64,000 nucleotides of DNA from Flavobacteriales bacterium (GCA_038154685.1 JAYPYW010000004.1:32473-96472); one strand, 5' to 3'; counted from the first letter of the stretch, positions 38,808 through 49,191 are shown. Made by a program: numbers and translations. Notes: generated by a model not told the origin, from the letters alone.

Positions 38808-39461
38808 TTACAGTAAAATTTTTGATTTTGCCGAGTTTTTGAGCAATATGATGGATTCTTTTACGAGTTCTTCGAACTCCGTAAGTCTGTTTTTATTGAG
38901 GTTTCTTGCTTCGCAAAAATGTTCAATTTGAATGGCATATTTTTTTAATAGATCACATCCAATCATGGCGAATGATGACTTCATTGTGTGCGCAATTTTT
39001 CGAATTTTATTCAAATCAGATTGCTGGTAGGCAAAATGCATTAAGCTTAAATGTTCTACACATTGTTGCCCATACATTTCTATTATTTCTTTAAAAGCTT
39101 GGTTGTTTGGTCCAACTAAAGCTTCAATAAGTTTGAAGTTAATAGTTAACTCCTTTGGAGGGGGGGAGTTGTAATCCTTTTTTAGTTCCTTTAACTCCTG
39201 CTGAGCTTTGTGGATTTGTTTTTTAGATAATCTAATTAAGGATGCTGCGGCTCTTAGATTGTAATGCCGTACACTAGCGTAGCGATCAAAATCATTTGCT
39301 AGCTGGTATTTGTTGATTTGTTTAAAAAGTATTCTGCCAATTTTTGAAAGCTTTTCTATTTTTTCAGAATCATTTCTCTTAATTGACTTCTCAAAATCGC
39401 AAATAATTTTTGGAGCATACTCCAAGAACTCAATTAAATCAATAATTCTCTGTTCTTTCAT
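38808..39461 (-). CDS. Hpt (histidine phosphotransfer) domain protein
   Basis: Soluble 217-aa helical protein with IAHTMKSSFAMIGCDLL matching the HxxKGxxxxxG Hpt phospho-His motif. Confidence 0.5.
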   Translation of the reverse strand: MKEQRIIDLIEFLEYAPKIICDFEKSIKRNDSEKIEKLSKIGRILFKQINKYQLANDFDRYASVRHYNLRAAASLIRLSKKQIHKAQQELKELKKDYNSPPPKELTINFKLIEALVGPNNQAFKEIIEMYGQQCVEHLSLMHFAYQQSDLNKIRKIAHTMKSSFAMIGCDLLKKYAIQIEHFCEARNLNKNRLTEFEELVKESIILLKNSAKSKILL

Positions 39462-39478
39462 ATACTTTGATTCTTCTT

Positions 39479-39838
39479 TTAAGCAGCTACAAGAGCTGCG
39501 ATTTTTGAGTCAAGATTTCCATAATTAATAGGTTTAGTTAAAACCAAATTAGTATCTAATTGATCGTCTAGGTCTTTCAGGTACTTTTTTTTCAAGGAAG
39601 TTATGAATAGCATCTTGGTTTGGGAATTATTTAGATTATTGAGCGTTTTGTATAGTTCATTTCCAGTAACATACGGCATTAATAAGTCCGATATAACTAG
39701 ATCAGGTTGAAGTTTGAGAATTTTTGGGAGTGCGTCCATAGCGCTCGTGGTTTCGATAATCTCATGACCTTGCTTTTGTAAATAGAAGGAAATTTTTTTT
39801 ACGACAAGTATATTATCGTCTATAACTAAGATTTTCAT
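39479..39838 (-). CDS. single-domain CheY-like response regulator receiver
   Basis: MKILVIDDN (acidic pocket), phosphoacceptor VISDLLMP, ITS and TKP motifs. 119 aa with no output domain. Confidence 0.8.
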   Translation of the reverse strand: MKILVIDDNILVVKKISFYLQKQGHEIIETTSAMDALPKILKLQPDLVISDLLMPYVTGNELYKTLNNLNNSQTKMLFITSLKKKYLKDLDDQLDTNLVLTKPINYGNLDSKIAALVAA

Positions 39839-39951
39839 AAAACGCAGAATTGAAGATGTTCTTGGGTTTACGGAATCTAGCTATTATGGATCATTGCATT
39901 ATCGATAAACAGTTGTGTTATATCGATAAATCCATTAAATATATGGTTAGT

Positions 39952-41007
39952 TTAGTCAAAACTTACCTGCGCAGTTTCTGATAAAACTCTTGATTGACAG
40001 GCTAATACAACTCCGCTTTCAACTTCATCATCAGAAAGTGCGATATTACTGTCCATTTCAATTTCTCCTTTTCCTTTCGTGCATCTACAAACTCCGCAAA
40101 CACCTCCTTGGCAGGAAAAAGGTAAATCAAAGCCAGCAGCAATTCCGGCTTCTAAAATAGTCTGACTACTTTTTACATTGAAAGAAATCTCTTCTCCATC
40201 AAGAATTGCAGATACTTTACTTCCATCCGATTTTGGGGCTTCTGTTTGGTTTCCTTTTTCAGCAATAGCTGAAGAAGTAAATAATTCAAAGTGCAAATTC
40301 GCAAGATTAAAGTCGAACTTCTTACTCAATAATTCCTTCACATTATTTGTTAAAGCTTCCGGCCCACAAATAAAAATGTCATCCGTGTTTTCGGGTAAAG
40401 CATATTTATTAAAAAGCTTCTTAAGTTTTCTTCCTTCTAATCTTCCAGAGTGGAATCTATCTTCACCTTTGACCTGACTGAAAAATAGATGAAGTTCAAA
40501 TCTTGAGCTGTACTCTTTTGCTAGGTCTTCAAGTTCGGATTTAAAAATAGTAAGCTCAGGAGATTTATTTCCATAGAACAGCATTACCTTACTTTCTTTT
40601 TCTTCTAAAAGAATTGTTTTTAGGATGGAGTAAATTGGAGTAATTCCACTCCCTGCAGCAATTAAAGTGTAATATTTTTTTCGCTCTGGTTTCGGCTCTA
40701 TGTAAAAATTACCGGCTGGTTTTCCAACTTCAATTTGGTCACCAATTTTTAATTCTTGGTTAGCATAAGTTGAGAAAATACCATTAGGAATTTGTTTAAC
40801 AACAACTGTATGTTTACCAGATGCAGGAGCTGAACATAAAGAATATGATCGTCTGACTTCTTTTCCATTGATGTCCTTTTTAAGGGTTAAAAACTGACCA
40901 GCTTTAAAGGCAAAGTCTGAAGTCAGATTTGAAGGGATTTCAAAATCAATAGAAACTGATTCCGAAGTTTCCTTGTTAATGCGCTTAACGGTTAAATTAT
41001 TGAACAT
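39952..41007 (-). CDS. ferredoxin–NADP reductase-type oxidoreductase with C-terminal 2Fe-2S ferredoxin domain (PaaE-like)
   Basis: FAD-binding RSYSLCS, NAD-binding GSGITP and a C-terminal CQGGVCGVCRC…LACQ plant-type ferredoxin cluster. Confidence 0.8.
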   Translation of the reverse strand: MFNNLTVKRINKETSESVSIDFEIPSNLTSDFAFKAGQFLTLKKDINGKEVRRSYSLCSAPASGKHTVVVKQIPNGIFSTYANQELKIGDQIEVGKPAGNFYIEPKPERKKYYTLIAAGSGITPIYSILKTILLEEKESKVMLFYGNKSPELTIFKSELEDLAKEYSSRFELHLFFSQVKGEDRFHSGRLEGRKLKKLFNKYALPENTDDIFICGPEALTNNVKELLSKKFDFNLANLHFELFTSSAIAEKGNQTEAPKSDGSKVSAILDGEEISFNVKSSQTILEAGIAAGFDLPFSCQGGVCGVCRCTKGKGEIEMDSNIALSDDEVESGVVLACQSRVLSETAQVSFD

Positions 41008-41076
41008 GTAGAAAAGTTATTCTTATAGTTTAACAAATGTAAAAAAGTAATTACGTTTGTGACACTGATATAAGCA

Positions 41077-42186
41077 ATGGTTTATAAATTAATTCAATAT
41101 ATATTAAGAATTTACCTTCCGGTTTTCTTCAAAAGAATGGAATTTAGGGGGGTGGAGAATGTTCCGAGGGATAAACCTGTTGTCTTTGCTGTGAATCACC
41201 AAAATGCCTTTTTAGATGGTGTGCTTGTTGCTTTAAAATTGAGGAGACCAGTTTTCTTTTTAACCAGATCTGATGTTTTTAAAGGGAAATGGGTGGTGAA
41301 GATTTTTAAGGCGCTGAATTTAGTTCCAATTTTCAGAAGGCAAGATGGGCATGGAGATTTACAAGGAAAGAATAAAGAAACATTTAAGTACTGTATAAAA
41401 GAGTTAGAAAAGAAAAAACCTGTATTAATTTTCCCTGAAGGCGTAAGCGAGCCTGTTCATCATTTATTTAAACTTAAAAAGGGAGTTGCAAGATTGGCAT
41501 TCGAGGCGGAAGCTAAAAATAATTTCAACTTGAAATTGCATGTGGTTCCTGTGGCAATTAACTATGAAAACCACTTTGTTGGTGGTAAAAAAGTGTTTGT
41601 GAATTATGCATCTCCTATATTGTTATCAGAATATAAAAATATATTTAATGAGTCTGAATCACGTGCAAGGAAACTTTTCTTGGATGATCTTGAAAACGAG
41701 TTGAGAGAGAATATGATTCATATAGAAGGAGATTATGTTCGCTTCAAAAGGAAATACTGGAAAGGAATAATTCGCCAATCTAGGAACGACAAGGAAATGA
41801 TTGCAGCAGTTAAGTCTATTCCTAAGGATGAGGAAGAATTTACAACAAAAGGTTTTAGGTGGTGGAGGGAGAAATATAAATACAATAAACCAAGACCATT
41901 TTTAGTTAGATTTTTATACTTCCTTGTTTGTTTACCTGGTTTCTTAATGTATTTACCTACCATAATTTTAACTAGATTTTTATTAGCCAAAATAAAAGAT
42001 GAATCCTTTTACTTGTCTGTTACAGCATTTTGTTGGTTGATCTTTGGAATAGCTCAGACTACTATTACCTCGATTTACATTTGGAATTATACGGATTGGG
42101 ACATTTTCGTAACCTCGTTATTGGTGATTTTTGGAATTACTTTTATTACTCTAAGGAACTTTTATAAACCTATAAAAGCGGGGTAA
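41077..42186 (+). CDS. lysophospholipid (1-acyl-sn-glycerol-3-phosphate) acyltransferase family protein with C-terminal TM extension
   Basis: HX4D-type motif (NHQNAFLDG) and FPEG motif. Confidence 0.7.
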   Translation: MVYKLIQYILRIYLPVFFKRMEFRGVENVPRDKPVVFAVNHQNAFLDGVLVALKLRRPVFFLTRSDVFKGKWVVKIFKALNLVPIFRRQDGHGDLQGKNKETFKYCIKELEKKKPVLIFPEGVSEPVHHLFKLKKGVARLAFEAEAKNNFNLKLHVVPVAINYENHFVGGKKVFVNYASPILLSEYKNIFNESESRARKLFLDDLENELRENMIHIEGDYVRFKRKYWKGIIRQSRNDKEMIAAVKSIPKDEEEFTTKGFRWWREKYKYNKPRPFLVRFLYFLVCLPGFLMYLPTIILTRFLLAKIKDESFYLSVTAFCWLIFGIAQTTITSIYIWNYTDWDIFVTSLLVIFGITFITLRNFYKPIKAG

Positions 42187-42187
42187 G

Positions 42188-42916
42188 CTACTTTTTATAT
42201 TCAGGAGCTTCCTGATTGATATAATTAGTGAATTTCCATATTTCCATTATGTCCTCAACTTTAACTTCGTAAGGCTCATAAAATGTATTAGTTGAGCATA
42301 ATAAGAAAGTCTTATTTTTCTTTAGCTGATTGTATAAAACTTTAAAAACAATCCCTTCGTCTTTAGTGATTACGATATACGGGTATCCATTCTTAATGTA
42401 ATTCCAGTTTTGGACAAATTCACCTGTTACAAAACTACCATCGGAAACAGGAGGCATAGAGTCTCCTGAAATAGGGAAGGTTCTGTATTTTTTATCCTTA
42501 GCGAGGAATGGTAATTGGAAAGTAGGGAGTACTTTAATATATTCCGGATCATATAAACCTTGAGTATATCCAGCTTGTGCTGCAAGAGGAACTAATTCGA
42601 TGTTTTCTTCATCTTCTTGGTTAACGGTTGTGGTAAGTACCCTCAATTTTCTACCAGTAACGTCAACATCAAATCCGTTTTCTAAATTGGTTAATCTCAA
42701 TTCCGAAAATCCATGTAGATCTTCCTTTAAAAATACATCTATTGGAACACTAAAGTATTTAGCAATTCTCATTAATGTGTCGAAGTTCGGTTCGGCAGCT
42801 TCATTCTCATATGCGCTCCAAGATGAACGAGTGATTTTAAGTGTAGAAGCAACATCAGCTTGTGACCTAGCTCTTCTTTTTCTTAATAATTTGAGGTTGC
42901 TACCGAAATAACTCAT
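42188..42916 (-). CDS. XRE-family HTH transcriptional regulator with S24 (LexA-like) autopeptidase domain
   Basis: N-terminal HTH (LKLLRKRRARSQADVASTLKITRSSWSAYE) and C-terminal S24 catalytic Ser motif (SGDSMPP). The track ORF's 5' extension to 42982 runs into the palindromic repeat, so start taken at MSYFGSNLK. Confidence 0.75.
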   Translation of the reverse strand: MSYFGSNLKLLRKRRARSQADVASTLKITRSSWSAYENEAAEPNFDTLMRIAKYFSVPIDVFLKEDLHGFSELRLTNLENGFDVDVTGRKLRVLTTTVNQEDEENIELVPLAAQAGYTQGLYDPEYIKVLPTFQLPFLAKDKKYRTFPISGDSMPPVSDGSFVTGEFVQNWNYIKNGYPYIVITKDEGIVFKVLYNQLKKNKTFLLCSTNTFYEPYEVKVEDIMEIWKFTNYINQEAPEYKK

Positions 42917-42989
42917 TGACAAAAAATTTGTCAAAAGATAGTGAGGTTTCTTCGGAATTACAAATTGATGTAAAAGACTCAACGGATTA

Positions 42990-43062
42990 AAGGCCCTTCG
43001 ACTACGCTCAGGATGATTTTAGCGCTTTTTCACCCTGAGCGTAGTCGAAGGACTATTAATAC
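42990..43062. repeat. dispersed palindromic intergenic repeat, copy B (perfect 18-bp inverted repeat)
   Basis: ccttcgactacgctcagg (42994-43011)…cctgagcgtagtcgaagg (43035-43052) followed by actattaat. Homologous to copy A. Confidence 0.7.
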
Positions 43063-43072
43063 AACAGTGAGA

Positions 43073-46000
43073 TTATAAGTTGCTACTTATAGAAGAAAGC
43101 GTAGCAAAAGCCTCCTCAATGGATCTGATCTGATTGAAGGTCAATGCTAACTTTCCTTTGATCTCCTTCATCTTGCAAGCTTTTGGATTTTGCTGAACGA
43201 ACATTAAGATCTTACCGAACTTTTCAGTTTGATAGTAATCGCTATCTGGGTTGGAAATAAAATATCCTCTTAGGATTCCGTTCTTCATGTAAAGCCTTTC
43301 TAAGCCTATGTCTTGTGCCAGCCATTTTAATCGCATGGTAGATAAAAGTTCCTCGGTTTGATGTGGCATTTCTCCAAAACGATCTACTAGGTTCTTGGCG
43401 AAGTTTTGTAATTCTTCTTCGGTATTAATGTCGTTTAACTGCTTGTACAATCTTAATCGCTCATCAACTGCATTTACATAAGTTGTTGGCATTAATATTT
43501 CCATGTCAGTTTCAATCACACAGTCTTTAACAAAAACTCTGTTTTCTTCTTTTAATTCTTCCGCATAAAGTTCCTTGAATTCCCCTTCCTTAAGTTCTTG
43601 AATAGCTTCATCGAGGATCTTTTGATACGTGTCATAACCAATATCTGAAATAAAACCAGATTGTTCAGCTCCTAACATATCTCCGGCACCTCTGATGTCC
43701 AAATCACGCATTGCGATATTAAAACCACTCCCTAGATCGCTAAATTCTTCAAGGGCTCTTAATCTTTTTCTTGCCTCAGGAGTAAGCGTACTTTGTGGCG
43801 GAGCTAATAATAAACAAAATGCTTTTTTATTCGATCTTCCAACTCTTCCACGCATCTGGTGTAAATCACTTAATCCGAAGTTTTGTGCCTGGTTGATGAT
43901 GATTGTATTGGCATTAGGAATGTCTAATCCCGATTCTATAATGGTAGTTGCTACCAAAACATCGAAATCTCCATGCATAAAATCCATCATGATCCCTTCT
44001 AGCTTTTTACCTTCCATCTGACCATGACCAACGCCAATTTTTGCGTTTGGCACAAGTCTTTGTAAAGTACCAGCAACCTCTTTTATATTTTCAACCCTGT
44101 TATGGATAAAGTAAACTTGTCCGCCTCTTGCTAATTCATAAGCAATTGCGTCCCTTAAAGTTTCTTCATTAAAACCAGTTACCGTTGTTTCTACCGGGTA
44201 ACGGTTGGGTGGGGGAGTATTAATTACACTCAAATCCCTTGCCCCAAGAAGCGAAAACTGCAATGTTCTTGGAATAGGAGTGGCTGTTAATGTAAGTGTA
44301 TCTAGGTTTGCTTTTAAGGTTTTAAGCTTGTCTTTAACTCCAACACCAAATTTTTGTTCCTCATCAATAATCAGTAGTCCAAGGTCATTGTATTTGATGT
44401 CTTTTCCTGCTAGTCGATGAGTTCCTATTATGATATCAACTTTCCCTTCTTCTAGCTTTTTAAGGGTCTCTTTTTGATCTTTTGTACTCCTGAATCTGTT
44501 GATGTAGTCAACGTTAACGGGGAAGTCTTTCAACCTTTTAGAAAAAGTTTGATGATGCTGAAAAGCAAGTATTGTAGTTGGGACTAAAATCGCTACTTGT
44601 TTACCATCAACCGCTGCTTTAAAAGCAGCTCTAATTGCAATTTCGGTTTTACCAAATCCAACATCTCCACAAACTAATCTGTCCATTGGGAATGGTTTTT
44701 CCATATCCTTTTTAACAGCAGCGGTAGAGGTAACTTGATCTGGCGTATCTTCAAATAGGAAGGAAGCTTCCAATTCAGTTTGCAAATACGAATCTTTACT
44801 GTAAGCAAAACCTTGTGTTGCTTTTCTTTTAGCATAAAGTTGGATTAAATCGTAAGCGATTTTCTTAACCTTTTTCTTAGTGCTTGCTTTCTTGGTTTTC
44901 CAAGTTGTTGTTCCAAGTTTATTTAAGGTAGGTTCTTTACCTTCTTTACCAGAATATTTAGCAATTCGGTGTAAGGATTGGATGCTAACATAAAGTACAT
45001 CTCGGTCTTTGTATAATAACCTTATCGATTCAGATTTTTTACCTCCTTGATCAACAATTTCAAGTCCGTCAAACACTCCAATTCCGTAATCAATATGTGT
45101 AACAAAGTCTCCTTTCTGAAGTCCTGTTAGTTCTTTTATTGTTAAAGATTGATTGCTCTTTCTTAGGCTGTCTTTAACTCTGAATCTATGATACCTGTCG
45201 AAGATCTGATGGTCTGTATAAACAACTGTCTTTGTGTCGTTGTCTATAAAGCCTTCATGAAGGGTGAAATATTGTGGGGTGAATTGTAAATCCTGACCAA
45301 TATTTGCACCGTTAACCTCGTAGTCTTCTAGTATGTTGTATATCCTCTCAATTTGCTTAGCATTCTCACTAATAATATTTACTTCGTAATTATTAGACTG
45401 ATGCGCTTTAATATCTTCAATTAATAATTGAAAGTTTTTGTTGAAGTTTGGTTGAGCAGAAGTGTCGAATTTTAGTACCTCTGAATCATTGTAAAAGTTA
45501 CTTCCACCAAACTCAATTACTTTAGTTTGATTTAAGTTTTTTTCAAGTCCGTTTCTTGAGGTGTATATTTCATTTGGAGGTAATTGGACTGTGTTTTCCT
45601 CAATCTTACTCCAAGCATCCACTGCTTTTTGATAAAATTGGTCAATTCTGTCTAAGGTGAATTGCACATCCTTAATCCAAACTACAGATGATAATCCCAA
45701 GAATTCTAAAAACGTTGTTTGTTCTTCTTGAAGTAATTTATTTTGAACATTAGGAACTATGCTGATCTGATCATAAGAAGCCACTGATAATTGATCGGCT
45801 GGGTCAAATGATCTAATACTATCTACATCGTCACCAAAAAAATCTACCCTGAAAGGTTTGTCGTAGGAATAAGACCAAATATCCATTAACCCTCCTCTAA
45901 CAGCGAACTGTCCAGGTTCAACAACAAATTGTTCTCGTGTGAATTCGTATTCGAAAAGCACATCGATTAGAAAATCCATTGATAAGGAGTCGCCCACCTT

Positions 46001-46429
46001 AATTTGATGGCTGTTTTTAGAAAGCTCTTTCTTAGTAACAACTTTCTCTAATAAAGCCTCAGGATAAGTAACAATGAATTTCTTTTTACTGTTATTTAGC
46101 TCTGATAGGACCTCTGCTCTTTGAACTACATTGGCATTTTGAGTTCTGCTTGTAGTGTAAGGAGAGGTGGAGCTTGCAGGGTAATAAAGCGCTTTAGTTT
46201 CGCCTAAAAGGTTTTGAATATCATTATACAAATAAGCGGCCTCCTCTTGATCGTTAGCGATTATTAACTGCTTTTCCGGTTTGTTGTTTTGGAGAGCAGA
46301 CATTAAAACTTGCAAAAAAGATCCTTTGGCTCCTTTAATTACTAATTTCTCGTTTGTAATTAAGGAATCTTGCAATTTAGAAAAAGAGGGGTGGTTTTCG
46401 AATTTCGATAACCATTCAAGCGACTTCAT
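43073..46429 (-). CDS. mfd: transcription-repair coupling factor
   Basis: 1118 aa with the superfamily-2 helicase core (GDVGFGKTE, DEEQ) and UvrB-interaction/TRG domains. Confidence 0.95.
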   Translation of the reverse strand: MKSLEWLSKFENHPSFSKLQDSLITNEKLVIKGAKGSFLQVLMSALQNNKPEKQLIIANDQEEAAYLYNDIQNLLGETKALYYPASSTSPYTTSRTQNANVVQRAEVLSELNNSKKKFIVTYPEALLEKVVTKKELSKNSHQIKVGDSLSMDFLIDVLFEYEFTREQFVVEPGQFAVRGGLMDIWSYSYDKPFRVDFFGDDVDSIRSFDPADQLSVASYDQISIVPNVQNKLLQEEQTTFLEFLGLSSVVWIKDVQFTLDRIDQFYQKAVDAWSKIEENTVQLPPNEIYTSRNGLEKNLNQTKVIEFGGSNFYNDSEVLKFDTSAQPNFNKNFQLLIEDIKAHQSNNYEVNIISENAKQIERIYNILEDYEVNGANIGQDLQFTPQYFTLHEGFIDNDTKTVVYTDHQIFDRYHRFRVKDSLRKSNQSLTIKELTGLQKGDFVTHIDYGIGVFDGLEIVDQGGKKSESIRLLYKDRDVLYVSIQSLHRIAKYSGKEGKEPTLNKLGTTTWKTKKASTKKKVKKIAYDLIQLYAKRKATQGFAYSKDSYLQTELEASFLFEDTPDQVTSTAAVKKDMEKPFPMDRLVCGDVGFGKTEIAIRAAFKAAVDGKQVAILVPTTILAFQHHQTFSKRLKDFPVNVDYINRFRSTKDQKETLKKLEEGKVDIIIGTHRLAGKDIKYNDLGLLIIDEEQKFGVGVKDKLKTLKANLDTLTLTATPIPRTLQFSLLGARDLSVINTPPPNRYPVETTVTGFNEETLRDAIAYELARGGQVYFIHNRVENIKEVAGTLQRLVPNAKIGVGHGQMEGKKLEGIMMDFMHGDFDVLVATTIIESGLDIPNANTIIINQAQNFGLSDLHQMRGRVGRSNKKAFCLLLAPPQSTLTPEARKRLRALEEFSDLGSGFNIAMRDLDIRGAGDMLGAEQSGFISDIGYDTYQKILDEAIQELKEGEFKELYAEELKEENRVFVKDCVIETDMEILMPTTYVNAVDERLRLYKQLNDINTEEELQNFAKNLVDRFGEMPHQTEELLSTMRLKWLAQDIGLERLYMKNGILRGYFISNPDSDYYQTEKFGKILMFVQQNPKACKMKEIKGKLALTFNQIRSIEEAFATLSSISSNL

Positions 46430-46585
46430 GCTGCAAAATTACTCTTTTTGAAAAAAGTTATCTGATTCTGGTAACAAAACTTATCTATCAACCGTTCTGC
46501 TTATGTAAATATGCTTAAAGGCCCATGAAATAGGGGGGATAGAGATATGTTAATTATTTGTTTTTAATATTTATTTAAAAAAATT

Positions 46586-46614
46586 TTGATGGTATTTTAA
46601 AAAGTATACTTTTG
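46586..46614 (+). promoter_or_regulatory. Bacteroidetes-type promoter (TTG…18 nt…TACTTTTG) upstream of the DUF2795 gene
   Basis: -33-like TTG at 46586-88 and TAnnTTTG -7 motif at 46607-14, about 37 nt upstream of the ATG in a very AT-rich spacer. Confidence 0.4.
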
Positions 46615-46650
46615 CGGGAAATTGACCATCACACATTAAAGATTTAAGAT

Positions 46651-46872
46651 ATGTATTGGACGTTAGAGCTAGCGAATTATTTAACAGATGCACCTTGGCC
46701 TGCAACTAAGGATGAGTTAATTGATTACGCAATGAGATCGGGAGCACCATTAGAGGTGACAGAAAACTTACAAGAGTTAGAAGAGGAGGTTGAAGCTTAC
46801 GAAAATATCGAAGAGATATGGCCAGACTTCCCAACTAAAGAAGATTTCCTTTTCAACGAGGACGAATATTAA
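46651..46872 (+). CDS. conserved small acidic protein (DUF2795-like)
   Basis: 73 aa, MYWTLELANYLTDAPWPATKDELIDYAMRSGAPLEVTENLQEL…; recalled as a widely conserved Bacteroidetes small protein. Has its own promoter and terminator. Confidence 0.55.
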   Translation: MYWTLELANYLTDAPWPATKDELIDYAMRSGAPLEVTENLQELEEEVEAYENIEEIWPDFPTKEDFLFNEDEY

Positions 46873-46882
46873 GAGAATTTAA

Positions 46883-46907
46883 ATCCTGCTTCGGCAGGAT
46901 TTTTTTT
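46883..46907 (+). terminator. rho-independent terminator, bidirectional
   Basis: atcctgc-ttcg-gcaggat followed by TTTTTTT. Confidence 0.7.
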
Positions 46908-47415
46908 ACATTGATCTTTCGTCAATTTTAAGCAATACTTCTTCAATATTGCTATATAAGGCCTTCCTGATCAAAAGTGAAAAGTACCTGGCAAAGATTT
47001 TTCTTTTATTGTGAATGGTCATGGAACAAGTGACAAAACTACAGTTGTCTAGTTCTTCAATATTAAAAACAATCGAACCTCTCTTTCTTTTTCCGTAATA
47101 CCATTCGTATTCCAATAAATTATTGGGTGATGCCTCAGTAAGAACAACTAAACCATCCTTTAATTCCTTTATTTTAGACCTCCAGCGGTACCTTGCTCCA
47201 ACTTCATTTGGAGGATCGGAAACTATAACTTCTAAAGTGCGGTCATCATTCCAAATGGCCCAGTTTTCCCAGTTTCTAAAATCTAAAACCGTATTGTAAA
47301 TAGATTTATGATTACCAGTCATTTTTAAAGAAACGGCAATTGTTGTGTTTGCAGGAAGTAAAAGCCCGATAATGTAATAAACAACTACAATTGATATGAT
47401 AATCCAGACTAACAA
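46906..47415 (-). CDS. hypothetical membrane-anchored protein
   Basis: N-terminal TM helix and then a ~140-aa soluble domain. No motif recognised. Confidence 0.4.
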   Translation of the reverse strand: MLVWIIISIVVVYYIIGLLLPANTTIAVSLKMTGNHKSIYNTVLDFRNWENWAIWNDDRTLEVIVSDPPNEVGARYRWRSKIKELKDGLVVLTEASPNNLLEYEWYYGKRKRGSIVFNIEELDNCSFVTCSMTIHNKRKIFARYFSLLIRKALYSNIEEVLLKIDERSM

Positions 47416-47427
47416 ATCAGAACAAAA

Positions 47428-48333
47428 TTAATCAACTAAATTCAAACTGATTTCACCGTTTTTAACTTCCATTCTAGTTTTTGCTCCAAATATTAAAGAT
47501 CTGTTATCATCAATATGTCCTGCAGGGAAATCAGAAAATACTGGAATGTTAAGATGATTAACTAACTCAAATAGCATTTCTTCTACAGACTTTCCGAATT
47601 TAATTGGTCCGTCCTTCATATCTGTAAAACTTCCAATGATCAACCCTTTAATGTTACTAAACATACCATTACGTTTGATGTTATTTAACATTCTATCGGT
47701 ATGATATAGGTATTCACATAAATCTTCCACGTAAAGTATTTTACCATGTGTTTCGGCAGAGGAAACAGACCCGCATAAACTAAATAATATTGATAGGTTT
47801 CCTCCTGCAATTTCCGCTTCAGTAATTCCATCTTTGCAAGTTTGTGGTTTTGTTGATCGATGGTTGTATTCCATTTTACCCTCAAATAAAGCTGATTTCA
47901 AAGAGGTCAAAGCTGCTTCTGTATTTCCTTTAAAGAATACAGGCATCGTTGCATGAAGTGTTGGGATGCCTAGGTTTTGAGCAATGTGAGCATGAAAAAC
48001 AGTGATGTCGCTAAAACCGATTAACCATTTTGGTTGATTAGCAAATTTGGTGAAGTCTATTTGATCGATAATCCGAACAGAGCCATACCCGCCTCGTGCT
48101 GAAATTAATGCTTTAATAGAATCATCATCTAACATTTTCTGAACATCAGCTCTTCTTTGCTCATCATTACCTCCAAATTGATTCCAAGACGCACCTATAG
48201 TTTCTCCAATTACAACTTCTAATCCCCAGCTTTCGAAAAGAGAAATAGCTGGCTTGATTTCTTCTAAAGTGATTTTTTTTGCAAAAGCAACAATTCCAAT
48301 TTTGTCGCCAGGTTTCAATAGAGGTGGAAGCAT
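47428..48333 (-). CDS. LD-carboxypeptidase (S66 family, LdcA-like)
   Basis: GDKIGIVAFA…SARGGYGS…; start placed at MLPPLLKPGDKIGIVA. Confidence 0.75.
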   Translation of the reverse strand: MLPPLLKPGDKIGIVAFAKKITLEEIKPAISLFESWGLEVVIGETIGASWNQFGGNDEQRRADVQKMLDDDSIKALISARGGYGSVRIIDQIDFTKFANQPKWLIGFSDITVFHAHIAQNLGIPTLHATMPVFFKGNTEAALTSLKSALFEGKMEYNHRSTKPQTCKDGITEAEIAGGNLSILFSLCGSVSSAETHGKILYVEDLCEYLYHTDRMLNNIKRNGMFSNIKGLIIGSFTDMKDGPIKFGKSVEEMLFELVNHLNIPVFSDFPAGHIDDNRSLIFGAKTRMEVKNGEISLNLVD

Positions 48334-48564
48334 GTTTTTAAATATACAAAACTTACCCACTCCTTAAAACGAGACTAAGAAAGTGTTTTAAACAATAAGA
48401 TTACCTCTTAACTATTACCTTCCCACTTTTGATTAAGAATTCATGGATAGGATCTAATTCAGAAGTCCAACCAATTAAATATTTTGTATCATCGCCTATT
48501 TCCGATTTCCTGATGTTTCGCATTGGTTTGGCCACGATGTCGTTATGGAAATATTTATCAGGTT

Positions 48565-49170
48565 TTATGGTTTTTCAAAAAGAGGATTGATTTCGTTAAC
48601 ATAATTTAGGACTTTATCCTTTCCTGTTTTCTTTTCCGAAGAAGTTACAAAGTAGGGTGGCAGTTCTTCCCAGTATTTGTAAAGCTCTTGTTCGTAGGTC
48701 TTAATATTTTGAGAAAGTTCTTTTTGTTTGAGTTTATCCGATTTTGTAAAAATTATCGAAAAAGGAATGCCATTTTCCCCTAACCAAAGCATGAATTCAA
48801 TGTCAATTTTCTGAGGTTTTATGCGAGAATCAATTAATACAAAAGTATTCATTAAGTTTTCACGATATTGGATGTAATCCTTTATCATCTTCTCCCATTT
48901 CTCACGAGATTTCTTACTCACTTTAGCGTATCCGTAACCAGGTAAATCACATAAGTACCAGTTTTCATTAATTAGGAAATGATTGATCAATTGAGTTTTG
49001 CCTGGAGTAGAGGAGGTTTTGGCTAATCCTTTATGTCCGCACAGCATGTTTATTAAAGAGCTTTTACCAACATTAGAGCGTCCGATAAACGCGTATTCAG
49101 GCATAACCGGATTCGGACAATCTTTCCAATGTGGTTTACTAATAACAAAGCTTGCAGACTTGATTTCCAT
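48565..49170 (-). CDS. engB: ribosome biogenesis GTPase YsxC/EngB
   Basis: G1 motif [20 protein letters not shown] and TKSDK motifs. Confidence 0.9.
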   Translation of the reverse strand: MEIKSASFVISKPHWKDCPNPVMPEYAFIGRSNVGKSSLINMLCGHKGLAKTSSTPGKTQLINHFLINENWYLCDLPGYGYAKVSKKSREKWEKMIKDYIQYRENLMNTFVLIDSRIKPQKIDIEFMLWLGENGIPFSIIFTKSDKLKQKELSQNIKTYEQELYKYWEELPPYFVTSSEKKTGKDKVLNYVNEINPLFEKP

Positions 49171-49191
49171 ACTGTAAAGTTAAGCACAAAA

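Noticed and set aside
48401-48523. 40-aa minus-strand ORF (MRNIRKSEIGDDTKYLIGWTSELDPIHEFLIKSGKVIVKR) in the 204-bp engB–ldcA intergenic region
   Set aside because: It has no recognisable motif, no TM segment or signal, and no supporting context. It was kept only as a note.
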